Below, piece by piece: positions 39,283 to 48,580 of a DNA stretch of 64,000 nt. The DNA comes from Parcubacteria group bacterium (lineage in GTDB: Bacteria; Patescibacteriota; Minisyncoccia; Phycocordibacterales; DATDWN01): assembly GCA_039740895.1 (NCBI GenBank), contig JBCLGS010000001.1, positions 4,013-68,012 on the forward strand, read 5' to 3'. Made by a program: the position numbers and the translations under genes. Under the pieces are notes generated by a model, which saw only the letters and a program-made list of their open reading frames with translations, did not search any database and was not told the origin of the DNA. Positions within the stretch are counted from its first letter, which is position 1; the number at the start of each line of letters is the position of its first letter.

Positions 39283-39898
39283 AAGGAAAATTTCTTGGGG
39301 AATATTTATTGTAACTATTATTATAGTCGCTTTTGGTATATATCAGAATATTGGTAAATCTGGTTCGGTTCCAACACCAGAATCATCATCAAATCCAATT
39401 ATTGACCCATTAGTTATTCAACAAAACCAAAAAAAGTTTCTTGAGTTAATTAATCCATTACTTAGTAGATATGATTTTCTTATTAAAGCGTCAGAAATAT
39501 CGCTGCCCTATCTTGAAAATGGGCACCAAAGAAATATGAATACCATAGCAAGTTTACAAAATCTGCAAATTAAATTTTTTCGTAACGATGTCGATAGTGT
39601 TATTAAGTTGCTTATGGTAGAAGAAGAGGCATTACTAGCATCTGTTGATTATGTAAAAAGTGTGCAAGAATATGCAAAAAAAATGAAAGGTGTTTGGGGT
39701 GAGTATTATAATACTTTCGGAACACGACCGATTGACGCTAATTCAAGAAAAGCTGTAAATATGGCTATGGGTGAAATCGATATATTGTTATTTTTGTTTA
39801 TTCCAGATGATCCAAATAGTATCTTCGCTACGACTAGTGAGAGAGAATCAAAAATTGATGAACAGGTGCGTTTAATGTTTCAACGTTTAAACAATTAA
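39272..39898 (+). CDS. Hypothetical membrane-anchored protein
   Basis: Start taken at MTNKRKISWGIFIVTIIIV, overlapping the upstream stop. One TM. Confidence 0.5.
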   Translation: MTNKRKISWGIFIVTIIIVAFGIYQNIGKSGSVPTPESSSNPIIDPLVIQQNQKKFLELINPLLSRYDFLIKASEISLPYLENGHQRNMNTIASLQNLQIKFFRNDVDSVIKLLMVEEEALLASVDYVKSVQEYAKKMKGVWGEYYNTFGTRPIDANSRKAVNMAMGEIDILLFLFIPDDPNSIFATTSERESKIDEQVRLMFQRLNN

Positions 39899-40109
39899 AT
39901 ATAATTAATATTAAAAATCGTGGCTGCTTTAAGGTTACAAATAAAAATATTCCAACAATCAAAAAAATCAATTCATACCACAATTTCATTATTTAAGCTA
40001 TTATAAACCCAATGCTAAACCACTTCAAAAAACCATTAATCCAAAAATTGTTTTCAATAAAAATTGGAAGACGGCTATATATATTTTTTATTAATAAATA
40101 ATAATTAAC

Positions 40110-41000
40110 TTAATACCAACAAATTTCAACTTCCTCACCTATTTTTTTATTCAAATATTTTTTAACCTCGCTTATTCCACCAATCTCGTCAATCAAACCG
40201 AGATTTTTTGCCTTTGCGCCTAACACAGAGGATCCGTCAGCTATAGCGTGAACTTTCTCTATCGGCATGTTTCTGTTTTCAGAAACAGCTTCTATGAAGT
40301 TATTGTGTATAATTTTAAGATCTCGCATGAATATTGCTCTTTCTTCTTCTGTAAGAACCTTGTCTGGGTCTCCTGCATCTTTGAATTTTCCAGCACTAAG
40401 TTGGATATAATTATTACCTTCTTTTTGGTTCTTCCCTATATTATCTAAGTAGGAAGAAGTCACACCAATACTTCCGACATCTGAATTTATGGAAGCAAAG
40501 ATGCGGTCGGCGCCTGTACTGGCCCAATAAGCCGCAGACTGACCGGATTCACGGATTAAAGCCACTGTAGGTTTTTTCGCATTCTTTAATGCATTGGCTA
40601 CTTCTTCAGCAGCTACCGGATAACCGCCTCTCGAATCAACTTCAAGCACGATTGCTCTGATTTTCTCATCATCTTCAGCTTGCTCGATATAGTAGGTAAT
40701 ATTTTCACTAGCCACAAAATCGGAGTCTTCTATATCTTTTGGCAGGTATGTTTCTAATGACCCATGAAGATTTATACCCATAACATTACATTCTGGTGTA
40801 TCTGTGGTTGAATCAACCATGAGAGCAGTAGGATTTTCAGATCTATAGATTACATCATATACAGCGTAGCTCGACATGCTTAATGCAAAAAATAAGATAA
40901 TAAAACCAATAGCTGAATAAACCGGTTTAGTCCTATTTAAAAAAGCCAATATGAATTTTTTGATGTTATAAAACATTGATTTTGTACCACTATTATACAC
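40110..41000 (-). CDS. sppA: Signal peptide peptidase SppA (S49, 36K type)
   Basis: VLEVDSRGGYPVAAEEV, SAAYWAST and KFKDAGDP motifs. An alternative start is at 40976. Confidence 0.85.
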   Translation of the reverse strand: MYNSGTKSMFYNIKKFILAFLNRTKPVYSAIGFIILFFALSMSSYAVYDVIYRSENPTALMVDSTTDTPECNVMGINLHGSLETYLPKDIEDSDFVASENITYYIEQAEDDEKIRAIVLEVDSRGGYPVAAEEVANALKNAKKPTVALIRESGQSAAYWASTGADRIFASINSDVGSIGVTSSYLDNIGKNQKEGNNYIQLSAGKFKDAGDPDKVLTEEERAIFMRDLKIIHNNFIEAVSENRNMPIEKVHAIADGSSVLGAKAKNLGLIDEIGGISEVKKYLNKKIGEEVEICWY

Positions 41001-41049
41001 AAATCTATCTTATGTCAAGTTTTGGGGTGGATAACTGGATTTTCCACTA

Positions 41050-41229
41050 TTATAGGTCGTCTTTCAATTCCACAGCATCGTCCTCATCCAAACCTTCGTC
41101 CATTAGCTCTAAAACATGTTCAGCTTCCTCTTTATCTAGGTCGTGATTTTCCATGATCTCCAAAACTTCCTCGGTTGGAGCTTCATCATCATCTTCATTC
41201 CCTTCTTTTTTTTCTAAATCATCAGACAT
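41050..41229 (-). CDS. Small acidic ORF (59 aa, not in ORF track)
   Basis: Hand translation: MSDDLEKKEGNEDDDEAPTEEVLEIMENHDLDKEEAEHVLELMDEGLDEDDAVELKDDL. Begins 10 nt after the upstream stop. Confidence 0.4.
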   Translation of the reverse strand: MSDDLEKKEGNEDDDEAPTEEVLEIMENHDLDKEEAEHVLELMDEGLDEDDAVELKDDL

Positions 41230-41238
41230 TATGGTTTA

Positions 41239-41850
41239 TTACAAATGATAATTAGACTTACTTATTGCATCTTCAATATAAGCCTTGAAAATGACTCTGT
41301 CTTCCTCCAACGGAGGTTTTTCACAGAAAGCTCTCAAGACATACTCACCGTCTCCTTCTAATCTATAAACCCAAAACCAAAATCCTGTATCTGGCTTGTC
41401 TATAAAGGCGATGTATCCCTGAACACCACCATAATCATTATCTAATGCATCTAAAATAACAAACTTACTTTTATAATAATCCTTGCTAAAATTACCCAAT
41501 CCACACTTCATATCATTGTTTGTTGCGGTTATAGCATCTTCTTCTACCCCGTTATTTGTTCCATTCACGTAACTATTTAATGCTGTGCGAAGATGCTTAA
41601 TGTATGGACTCTCATAAATTTCTTTTTCAGTTGGATATTTGCCAATTCTTGGAGGATATTGCGATTCAGCATATTTTATCGCTTCCGCAATTTTTTCCTC
41701 ATCCCGTCGGGTAGAATCACCGATATACACCGCTTCATTTTTTGTTTTATAAAAATTTACTGAAGCGTATAAAATTACGAAAAATAGCAATAGCAATAAT
41801 ACTGCTATTATTTTGTGTTTTTTTATTCTAGCTAAAATTTTATTTTTCAT
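41239..41850 (-). CDS. Hypothetical membrane-anchored protein (203 aa)
   Basis: N-terminal TM. No known motif. Confidence 0.55.
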   Translation of the reverse strand: MKNKILARIKKHKIIAVLLLLLFFVILYASVNFYKTKNEAVYIGDSTRRDEEKIAEAIKYAESQYPPRIGKYPTEKEIYESPYIKHLRTALNSYVNGTNNGVEEDAITATNNDMKCGLGNFSKDYYKSKFVILDALDNDYGGVQGYIAFIDKPDTGFWFWVYRLEGDGEYVLRAFCEKPPLEEDRVIFKAYIEDAISKSNYHL

Positions 41851-41939
41851 ATTTATCTATATACTTCTGGACAACACCAGAGACGGTTGAGTAATTTATA
41901 TTTTTATTTTTACAATATTCGCCCTTAAACCAGTCCAAT

Positions 41940-41962
41940 AAAGGTGCCTGACCGCTTTATCC
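41940..41962. repeat. Motif E (aaaggtgcctgaccgctttatcc), overlaps the stop codon of 41957-42664
   Basis: Matches the motif family, with the stop codon TAA inside the cTTTAtcc tail. Confidence 0.6.
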
Positions 41963-42664
41963 ACAAGGTCCATCTTTTCCCCAATCACAAGGCCATACGG
42001 TTATGTTTGTTTTTGTAAGCGCATCAATATCTGTTTCTGCTGGTTCAAAATCTTTAATACCTGCGCTATTTTGCCCATCAATAATGGCATTGTAATATAA
42101 GAAATCTAGGTCTTTGATAGCGTTCAATTCAAAACCAAGTTCACATTGAGCAATCATTCCAGGAGTACCAGAGCCATATCTAAATGCGTTACTAGCTTTG
42201 CAATACGAATCTCTATAGGCCTCAAAACCTATTCTCCACTTTCTAATTTTCTTCTGTTCACCTGCCAATGGTAAACCACTACCCATATTGTAGACATTAA
42301 CCTCTTTATCATTCATTGTCTCAAGTTTGCGCTGTTTCCATTCGCGTTCTGCTGAAGCGCGATCAACTTGATCAATCATGCATTTATTCCAATCCTGTTG
42401 AGAATCAAAACCGCATACATATCTATTATCTGTTGCATTATTACGATTATCTATCTTCTTTATTGCTATTGCGCTTTCACTTTCCGCAACAATCACGGAT
42501 GACGGGGTTGCGCTTGCTGGTACTACAGCTACGCTCGTAGTCGATAATTCATTCGTATCAGTTTTATTAAAAATACTCCAGCTAAACGGATTCCACCACA
42601 CAGCAAGAGCAACTTGTGGAGTAATAAATATTGCTAAAATTAAAATTGAAAGATATTTTTTCAT
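41957..42664 (-). CDS. Secreted hypothetical protein (DUF1311/LprI-like, tentative)
   Basis: Signal peptide followed by the WWNPFSW motif, then a Cys-containing domain. Confidence 0.55.
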   Translation of the reverse strand: MKKYLSILILAIFITPQVALAVWWNPFSWSIFNKTDTNELSTTSVAVVPASATPSSVIVAESESAIAIKKIDNRNNATDNRYVCGFDSQQDWNKCMIDQVDRASAEREWKQRKLETMNDKEVNVYNMGSGLPLAGEQKKIRKWRIGFEAYRDSYCKASNAFRYGSGTPGMIAQCELGFELNAIKDLDFLYYNAIIDGQNSAGIKDFEPAETDIDALTKTNITVWPCDWGKDGPCG

Positions 42665-42683
42665 ATTATCTATTATAACCCTA

Positions 42684-42920
42684 TTATTTTTTAGTTAAAT
42701 TTTCTACAATTTCCTCCGCCTCTTTGTTGTAAAAACCTTCTACTTTCGAACCCCATTCCCAACTACAGCTGTCGCAGTGCCAGTCAGGATCCTCGCCAGT
42801 CACACAACAACCACCTAAATAAACATCATCAGGAATTTTATATGAAGGATCTGGATATCCGTATTGGATCCTCATGACCTTCTCTGATTTACATTTTGGA
42901 CATTCAGCTGGTTTTTTCAT
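42684..42920 (-). CDS. Small zinc-ribbon protein (78 aa)
   Basis: CPKC...CDSC Cys pairs. Its start overlaps the HNH gene end. Confidence 0.55.
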   Translation of the reverse strand: MKKPAECPKCKSEKVMRIQYGYPDPSYKIPDDVYLGGCCVTGEDPDWHCDSCSWEWGSKVEGFYNKEAEEIVENLTKK

Positions 42921-43287
42921 ATTTATCTATATACTTCTTAACTACATTTGCTACAGTTTCTTCATTGATAATTTTTACCATAGAATTCTTTCCTTCAGCA
43001 CAATATCCCTTCTTAAACCATTTCAACAAAGATTTGCTACCACGACTAGAATTGCAAGACTTACAACAAATCGCAACGATTTCTGAAACAGGTTTGCCTT
43101 CTCTCATATAACATCCAACACTATCCCAGTCAGGCTTATGGTTCAGATGCTCTAATTCGTCCCAGTCTACACGCGTTTCTGTGTGATGAGTTTTATCAAA
43201 ATCTTTTCCGCAATAAACACAGACTTTATCTCTCTTTCTTATTTCAGCCAATGTTTCTTCTGATGGTCTAGTGGTTTTAGCTTGCAT
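42904..43287 (-). CDS. HNH endonuclease-like protein
   Basis: CVYCGK...EHLNH...CCKSCNSSRGSK, i.e. Cys pairs flanking His/Asn. Its start is 1 nt after the DUF2779 stop. Confidence 0.7.
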   Translation of the reverse strand: MQAKTTRPSEETLAEIRKRDKVCVYCGKDFDKTHHTETRVDWDELEHLNHKPDWDSVGCYMREGKPVSEIVAICCKSCNSSRGSKSLLKWFKKGYCAEGKNSMVKIINEETVANVVKKYIDKYEKTS

Positions 43288-43288
43288 A

Positions 43289-44794
43289 TTATTTTTTTAT
43301 ACTAATTATCTCCAATAATCTTTTCCATATTTCAACCATGGCGAAAGTGTCCAGTTCGCAGTATTTCAACAAATCATTAACAATTTTTTCTTTATCATTG
43401 CCATTTTTACCATAAAGAAATGTGTCCATCCATATACTTTGAGCGTAAGTACCACCTTGGATGTTTAGAATCTTATATGATAGCTCAGGTATCATTACAG
43501 GCAATACAGCCTTGAGAGAAGCACTTCCGTAGAAATCCTTATCTACAAACCAACCTTTAGAAAAAGGAACTTTCAGGTCTTCCATTCTATTATTCAAATC
43601 CTCCAAAAAACTGGCATAATCTGGAAACATCTCCCCCATTTCTGTATTCCTACTTTTTTCAAAAGACATATGCCAAGCAAGTACTGTTCCATGCTTTCCG
43701 ATATCCCCTTTCAATTGTTTCAAAAGTGATTCAACAGGATTGGAACTATCTGTATGTAAAAACTCCTTATGAACAACTTCTGCTTCTGGTGATTCTATCA
43801 CATGCAAAGAATACTGAAATGGAATTTGTTGATATGGTTTTGTCCCGTCATAGAGTGGAACTATTCCCTGTGCTGTCTCATAGTCAAAAAAGTACAATGG
43901 AAATTGAAGCGAATTCATAAAATCCTTTATACTTTCTTTATCAAGAAGTCTATCAGCACCTTTCACTGCTTCCGCCTGCAAAGTCTGAGTTCTGTTCAAT
44001 TCAAAATCATCTGGGATATCCTCAATTTTAGAAATACCTAAATCCTCCAACTGCCCGACTTTTTCGGGATTGATTCCTGCTAGATAGTAGACGCTTTGTG
44101 GGTCCAAAGTTTTTGGTGAAAGTTCTTCAAATATTTCCATCCATTGCTCAAAAGCCTTATCAAAATCTGTATTTACATATCGTGGCGATGGGTCTGGCAT
44201 TTTTGCTTGGCTCGCTACAACAAGTGCCTTTTCAATATTCTTTCTTGTCTTCACCATTGCTTCTCGAACTCTTTCTGTAACATCTTCAACTGACACAAGT
44301 TTTTCAGATTCAATTTCACCTGAACGCACATACTCATTATTCACAAAAGCAACTGAAATATCTTTCACCACTAATCCAGCTCCTTCAATGACAATTGTCT
44401 GAAAAGCCAAATCCTCAATATGGTCATCTTTTACGCTTGTTGTTGATTTTATTTCAACAAGATTAAAAGTATTATCTTCAGCTCGCTGTAGCACATCTAC
44501 GATACAAGTAATATTTCTTGCTTCAAACCTACCCTGAAAAATTGTACCAGCACCACTTTTTAATACAACTTTTGTTCTTTCAGGTAAAGCCAGATATTCA
44601 TCATATCCGTTAAAACTAAGCATCACTCCTCCGGGAAATAATTCCTGTGCATACTTCTCAAAATCATGTCCTGCGTCAAACCTAGCCTGAGTTGATTCAC
44701 TAACTGCCGGCAATTTTGACTTATCATGCTTTTTCAGCCACAACCACGCTGGGTGCTTCAAAAACATCATGTATTCTGATTTAGAAAGTATCAT
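43289..44794 (-). CDS. DUF2779-family protein (Cas4/RecB-like nuclease N-terminus plus RNase-H-like exonuclease C-terminus)
   Basis: N-terminal SKSEYMMFLKHPAWLWLK, IVDVLQ...LVEIKS (D..E.K) and C-terminal FFDYET...WHMSFE...CELDTFAM acidic motifs. Confidence 0.65.
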   Translation of the reverse strand: MILSKSEYMMFLKHPAWLWLKKHDKSKLPAVSESTQARFDAGHDFEKYAQELFPGGVMLSFNGYDEYLALPERTKVVLKSGAGTIFQGRFEARNITCIVDVLQRAEDNTFNLVEIKSTTSVKDDHIEDLAFQTIVIEGAGLVVKDISVAFVNNEYVRSGEIESEKLVSVEDVTERVREAMVKTRKNIEKALVVASQAKMPDPSPRYVNTDFDKAFEQWMEIFEELSPKTLDPQSVYYLAGINPEKVGQLEDLGISKIEDIPDDFELNRTQTLQAEAVKGADRLLDKESIKDFMNSLQFPLYFFDYETAQGIVPLYDGTKPYQQIPFQYSLHVIESPEAEVVHKEFLHTDSSNPVESLLKQLKGDIGKHGTVLAWHMSFEKSRNTEMGEMFPDYASFLEDLNNRMEDLKVPFSKGWFVDKDFYGSASLKAVLPVMIPELSYKILNIQGGTYAQSIWMDTFLYGKNGNDKEKIVNDLLKYCELDTFAMVEIWKRLLEIISIKK

Positions 44795-44820
44795 AATACC
44801 CCAAGTCTATACTTTTAGCC

Positions 44821-45027
44821 CTAAATGTAAAGAAGTTTTTTGAGCCACTCTAGGAAAGACTTCTTTGGTTTTGTGGGTTCTGAAATTGGTTGTGGACTAA
44901 CATCTATTGGGACATAATTGTCGGCCATTACATTTTTGTTAAGATTATCCACAAATTCTTGCGCCATTTTATCCATCATTTTTCTATGTTCTGGTGAATA
45001 TGTTACTTTTTTTAATTTTTCTTCCAT
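44821..45027 (-). CDS. Hypothetical protein (68 aa)
   Basis: ORF only. Confidence 0.35.
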   Translation of the reverse strand: MEEKLKKVTYSPEHRKMMDKMAQEFVDNLNKNVMADNYVPIDVSPQPISEPTKPKKSFLEWLKKLLYI

Positions 45028-45375
45028 TTTTTTATTTCTTAAAATAATAATTTTCTATTATCCCCTAGCTTTTAGATTTGTGGACGAGACAAACGAAAAA
45101 GCGACTAGGAGTTTTGATCCAGCTCGACTGCTGAATGAAATCTCCCAACCGCTTTTTACCCGAACAATTTCTTGTTTTAGGGTTTGGTCAGTCGCTTATA
45201 TCTTGTGGCTCCTCGCAGATTTCCCAAGTTGCCTATCCCCTGCAAAAGCAAAGGAAGATATAAACAGTCCGAATTAGCTGCACGGACTACAGTATTGATA
45301 ACTCAATGAACTACACTAGCAGTATAGCATAGTTTGTGTAAAAACACCAAAATATTTAGTAATAACTATATAATG

Positions 45376-45457
45376 ATGGCTGACCCTATTTCCCATGAAT
45401 CAAAGGTATCTGACCTCTTTATCTCTTTAATTAAAGGTGACTGACCCCTTTTCCTCC
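45376..45457. repeat. Three tandem motif-E copies (45376-45394, 45403-45425, 45433-45457)
   Basis: atggctgaccctatttccc, aaaggtatctgacctctttatct and aaaggtgactgaccccttttcctcc. The third supplies the last 9 codons and stop of the DUF262 fragment. Confidence 0.7.
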
Positions 45458-45658
45458 TGCAGTATGCGATTCTGTTAAAAATATTATTGTTCCCAATAAA
45501 TGGAATTCATTCTCTCTTAAATAATTGATATCATTAAATAGCGCGTCAAGTTGTTTAACACCCCATGCATATCTTCTTTGATAAGGAGGTATAAAAAATT
45601 GTTCATTTGTGCTAATAAACAACTGTATTATTGATTGTGTGTTGGGTGTGATTTTCAT
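45431..45658 (-). pseudogene. N-terminal fragment of a DUF262 (GmrSD/ParB-like nuclease) gene
   Basis: FFIPPYQRRYAWGVKQLDALFNDI is the DUF262 signature. The ORF ends after 75 aa, before the expected DGQQR, inside motif E. A strong SD is retained. Confidence 0.7.
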
Positions 45659-45805
45659 ATTTTTAAATGTTCCTCCTAGTGTAGCATATTAACGCTAATC
45701 TGAACCGCTCCAACATACAACAACCCAGCGGTCAGCCAATTCATCGCTTTCCCATACTTCTCCTTAGTTTTTGGATCTAGAGTAGTCAGATACATTTGAT
45801 TTACC

Positions 45806-45907
45806 TCTCCCTTTCTTCCTCATTGTGGTTTCAAGACCAAACTTTTTTATTACCTTATCAAATTTCCTTCGGTTTTAAGAATAAAGGTTCCTGACACCCT
45901 TATTCCC
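45806..45907. repeat. ~100-bp direct repeat R1 (34-nt perfect core 45835-45868)
   Basis: gaccaaacttttttattaccttatcaaatttcct is identical at 48636-48669, and flanks are similar. Ends with motif E (45883-45907). Confidence 0.75.
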
Positions 45908-45925
45908 TAATAATATAACTTGCTT

Positions 45926-48088
45926 TTACTCATTGATTGTCTTTTCTGCAAAAATCACAGCTTCGGTATTTTCTGGGTTCATAAGAACTGGCCACCAAAA
46001 TGGTGTATCGCGCCAGCCACTATCTTTGTCACCATTTTGACGTATCAGCATTAAAGCAGGAATATCTTGTGCAATATCTCGTGCGACAGAACGTACTGAT
46101 TTTCCACTTCCTCCGTCTGGGTCGTCTGAGATACGACCATCATTCTTATGTCTACTCAGATTCATGTTCTTTCGTATAACAATCCACACCTTTCCGCGCT
46201 GTTCGATATTTTTACTATTCACAGACAGGTACTCCATGCTCGACCTAAAAGTACTCCAACTCCATGCATACAAAGGATCCAGTTCTAGCGTCTTTTCAAT
46301 CAGGCTTACAACATGAAGTGCTTCCTTCAAATCAACGCTAACTGAGCCATTTTCATCAATAGTCGCAAACCATTCACTTACTATTCCGTCTACTTCAGCA
46401 ATTACAGATTCAATATGTGTTTTATATCCAGACTGAAAACCAACTGGTAACATTCTTTTGTGCGGCTGTAGTGTAGCAAGAGAAGATAGCAGTAATTTAT
46501 TTGGGGAACACGGCACCAACTTACCTGTTACATCCTTCCTAATAAAATATACTCCTTGCTCATGGCTTCCCCTCTCAAATGCCTCTCTTAGCGCTGAATC
46601 AAATTGGTGTATTCGTCTCATCACTTCGTAAATATCACGTGTTGTATAAAATCTTGTAACAGCCAGGTCCTCTCTTGATCTTGCCCCATACATACGTGAA
46701 TGTTGCAGGACGGTATCTTGCTGAAACTTCTTAGGGCTTCTTCCATAATAAAAACCTATGAGATTATTTATGGTCACCCCACGGTCAAGAATCTGACCGC
46801 CAACAAAAATATTCATTGGGTTACGTAGTTTAAGTTGGCCCTCATTATCGAGCAATTCTTCAACATCTTTATCAGAGTTTACAACAATGGTAACAATATA
46901 TTCCTTTATAAGCGCCTCTAAAGAGTTTTCTAGTACAACATCTATAGAAGGAATCACCATCCCGTCAACTTTCTGCAATGATTTTATGATATCATCATAA
47001 GCTTCTCGCAGGAGTTGACGAACAACTGGCTTGTCACTTTTTGCAGCAATGGCAAGCTGAGACACAATCGCTTTAATCACTTCAGCTTGCCAATGATGCG
47101 AAGCTCTACTTATTTCACTATGTGCTATAAGTGCATACTTCTGCACTTTTTCATTAGTAGATTCTTGTTGAAATCTTCTTATAACACTACCTACTATAAA
47201 ATTTATAACAGCAGAACGAAGTGACTTAATTTTTTCAGAAAATAACACATCGTCCAGTTTTAATCGACGAGAGTCTGATTTTTTTAATACATCACGTTCA
47301 TCCGTAGAAACCTCTTCATACACGTTATACGCTATTGAATCCTCGTCGTCACTTTCTTCAAAATAAAACTGACCTCCAACATAATTATCATGAATTGGTA
47401 CTAATGTAGTAAAAATGGGTCTCCTTGGAAGGAATTTCATGTTTGCTGTCTCTTCTGTGGTGGGCTGAAGGTATAAAGAATATGGAGTAGCGGTAACCTG
47501 CAGATAATCTACCTCTTTAACAATATTCCAGAGCTCGTCAATTTGTGACGATATTCTACCAACCTCTATCGCTTCCTCATGTTTTCTAAAACTAATGCTG
47601 GCAAAGTCAGCTTCATCGTCAATGATAAGAATCTTCTTTTCGCGGAGATCCGGATAAACACTAGCAAGCGTTTTAAGAATCCGTCTCATGTTATTGACTT
47701 CCTTCTTAACAATAATGATTAGTTTTTTATTACGCTCATACCCGGTTAGATTGTCTGGCATATGCATAATATCAAACACATCCACAAGGTCCTCTTCGAT
47801 AAATTCCTTAAAGTCTTTTCCCATTCTATGCACAGTCTGCGTCAAGAGGGCTTTCGTGCCTTTAGTAAGAATGATCGAAACATCGTACCCCTTATCAAAA
47901 GCAAGGGCCATGATTCCAATAAAGGCTCGCGTCTTCCCACTCTGAATTTTCCCGAGGAGTATTCCAGGCTTCTTTGAAGAGGTATCATTCTCGAGTAATT
48001 TTGTGACTGTTTCTTTCATGCACTCCACAAGATCTGGCGCATCTTCACGCATGCTTACAAGTCTGTTGAACATCGTTTCTTTTTCCAT
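45926..48088 (-). CDS. Z1-domain P-loop NTPase (restriction-system-associated family)
   Basis: Walker A GKIQSGKTRAF, Walker B IIDDEADFASI and a large C-terminal domain. Assignment to Z1 is from recalled family features. Confidence 0.6.
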   Translation of the reverse strand: MEKETMFNRLVSMREDAPDLVECMKETVTKLLENDTSSKKPGILLGKIQSGKTRAFIGIMALAFDKGYDVSIILTKGTKALLTQTVHRMGKDFKEFIEEDLVDVFDIMHMPDNLTGYERNKKLIIIVKKEVNNMRRILKTLASVYPDLREKKILIIDDEADFASISFRKHEEAIEVGRISSQIDELWNIVKEVDYLQVTATPYSLYLQPTTEETANMKFLPRRPIFTTLVPIHDNYVGGQFYFEESDDEDSIAYNVYEEVSTDERDVLKKSDSRRLKLDDVLFSEKIKSLRSAVINFIVGSVIRRFQQESTNEKVQKYALIAHSEISRASHHWQAEVIKAIVSQLAIAAKSDKPVVRQLLREAYDDIIKSLQKVDGMVIPSIDVVLENSLEALIKEYIVTIVVNSDKDVEELLDNEGQLKLRNPMNIFVGGQILDRGVTINNLIGFYYGRSPKKFQQDTVLQHSRMYGARSREDLAVTRFYTTRDIYEVMRRIHQFDSALREAFERGSHEQGVYFIRKDVTGKLVPCSPNKLLLSSLATLQPHKRMLPVGFQSGYKTHIESVIAEVDGIVSEWFATIDENGSVSVDLKEALHVVSLIEKTLELDPLYAWSWSTFRSSMEYLSVNSKNIEQRGKVWIVIRKNMNLSRHKNDGRISDDPDGGSGKSVRSVARDIAQDIPALMLIRQNGDKDSGWRDTPFWWPVLMNPENTEAVIFAEKTINE

Positions 48089-48091
48089 AAT

Positions 48092-48412
48092 TTATTTTAT
48101 TTGAATTATCTTCATCACTTCGTCGCCATAGCGATTGATGACCTTATATGGGAATCTTGCCTGTTACCGGCTTGGCAAATGGTCTTGAGATGGTGGAAAC
48201 GAGTGAATCAAAAATGTCAGGGTTTATATCTACCTTGGGGGCCTTCTTGAGTTTCTCGTAGGGGTTCTCAAATGACTGGGAATATGCGATTGCGGACGCT
48301 TCAATTTCTTTGCTACCTCAGTTTGAGTCAACTCTGCTTCTTCCAGGGCTTTCCGCAATCGCTCGACAAAATGGGCGTATTCCTTTGTTTGTCTTGACTT
48401 AGTCGTATACTA
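48092..48412 (-). pseudogene. Decayed XRE-family HTH gene (no start codon, at least two frame changes)
   Basis: Frame 1 reads FVERLRKALEEAELTQTEVAKKLKRPQSHI, then shifts. The final frame ends ...VINRYGDEVMKIIQIK with its stop 3 nt before the Z1 ATG. No ORF of 60 aa or more on either strand in 48089-48712. Confidence 0.45.
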
Positions 48413-48580
48413 CTATGTTCTATCTAAATTGTCAATAGCCCACTCCAGCTCATTAAAACTGTTAGCTAGCCAAGAATGAATATCTCGCAAATAGGTTACA
48501 GTATTTCCATATAAAAATGGAAATAAAGTACGAGATATCCAAACAAGTACCACAGCACAGCATCTATTCCCCCACAAAGA

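Noticed and set aside
45040-45370. ORF-poor stretch after the truncated DUF262 gene, tested as a possible tmRNA, RNase P RNA, 6S RNA or the missing remainder of DUF262.
   Set aside because: I found none of the following: a tRNA-like acceptor or T-arm, a plausible tag reading frame ending in hydrophobic residues, GAGGAAAGUCC, a long 6S-type hairpin, or a DGQQR-encoding sequence. It is left unassigned. ORF 44918-45277 is antisense to a better ORF and was judged spurious.
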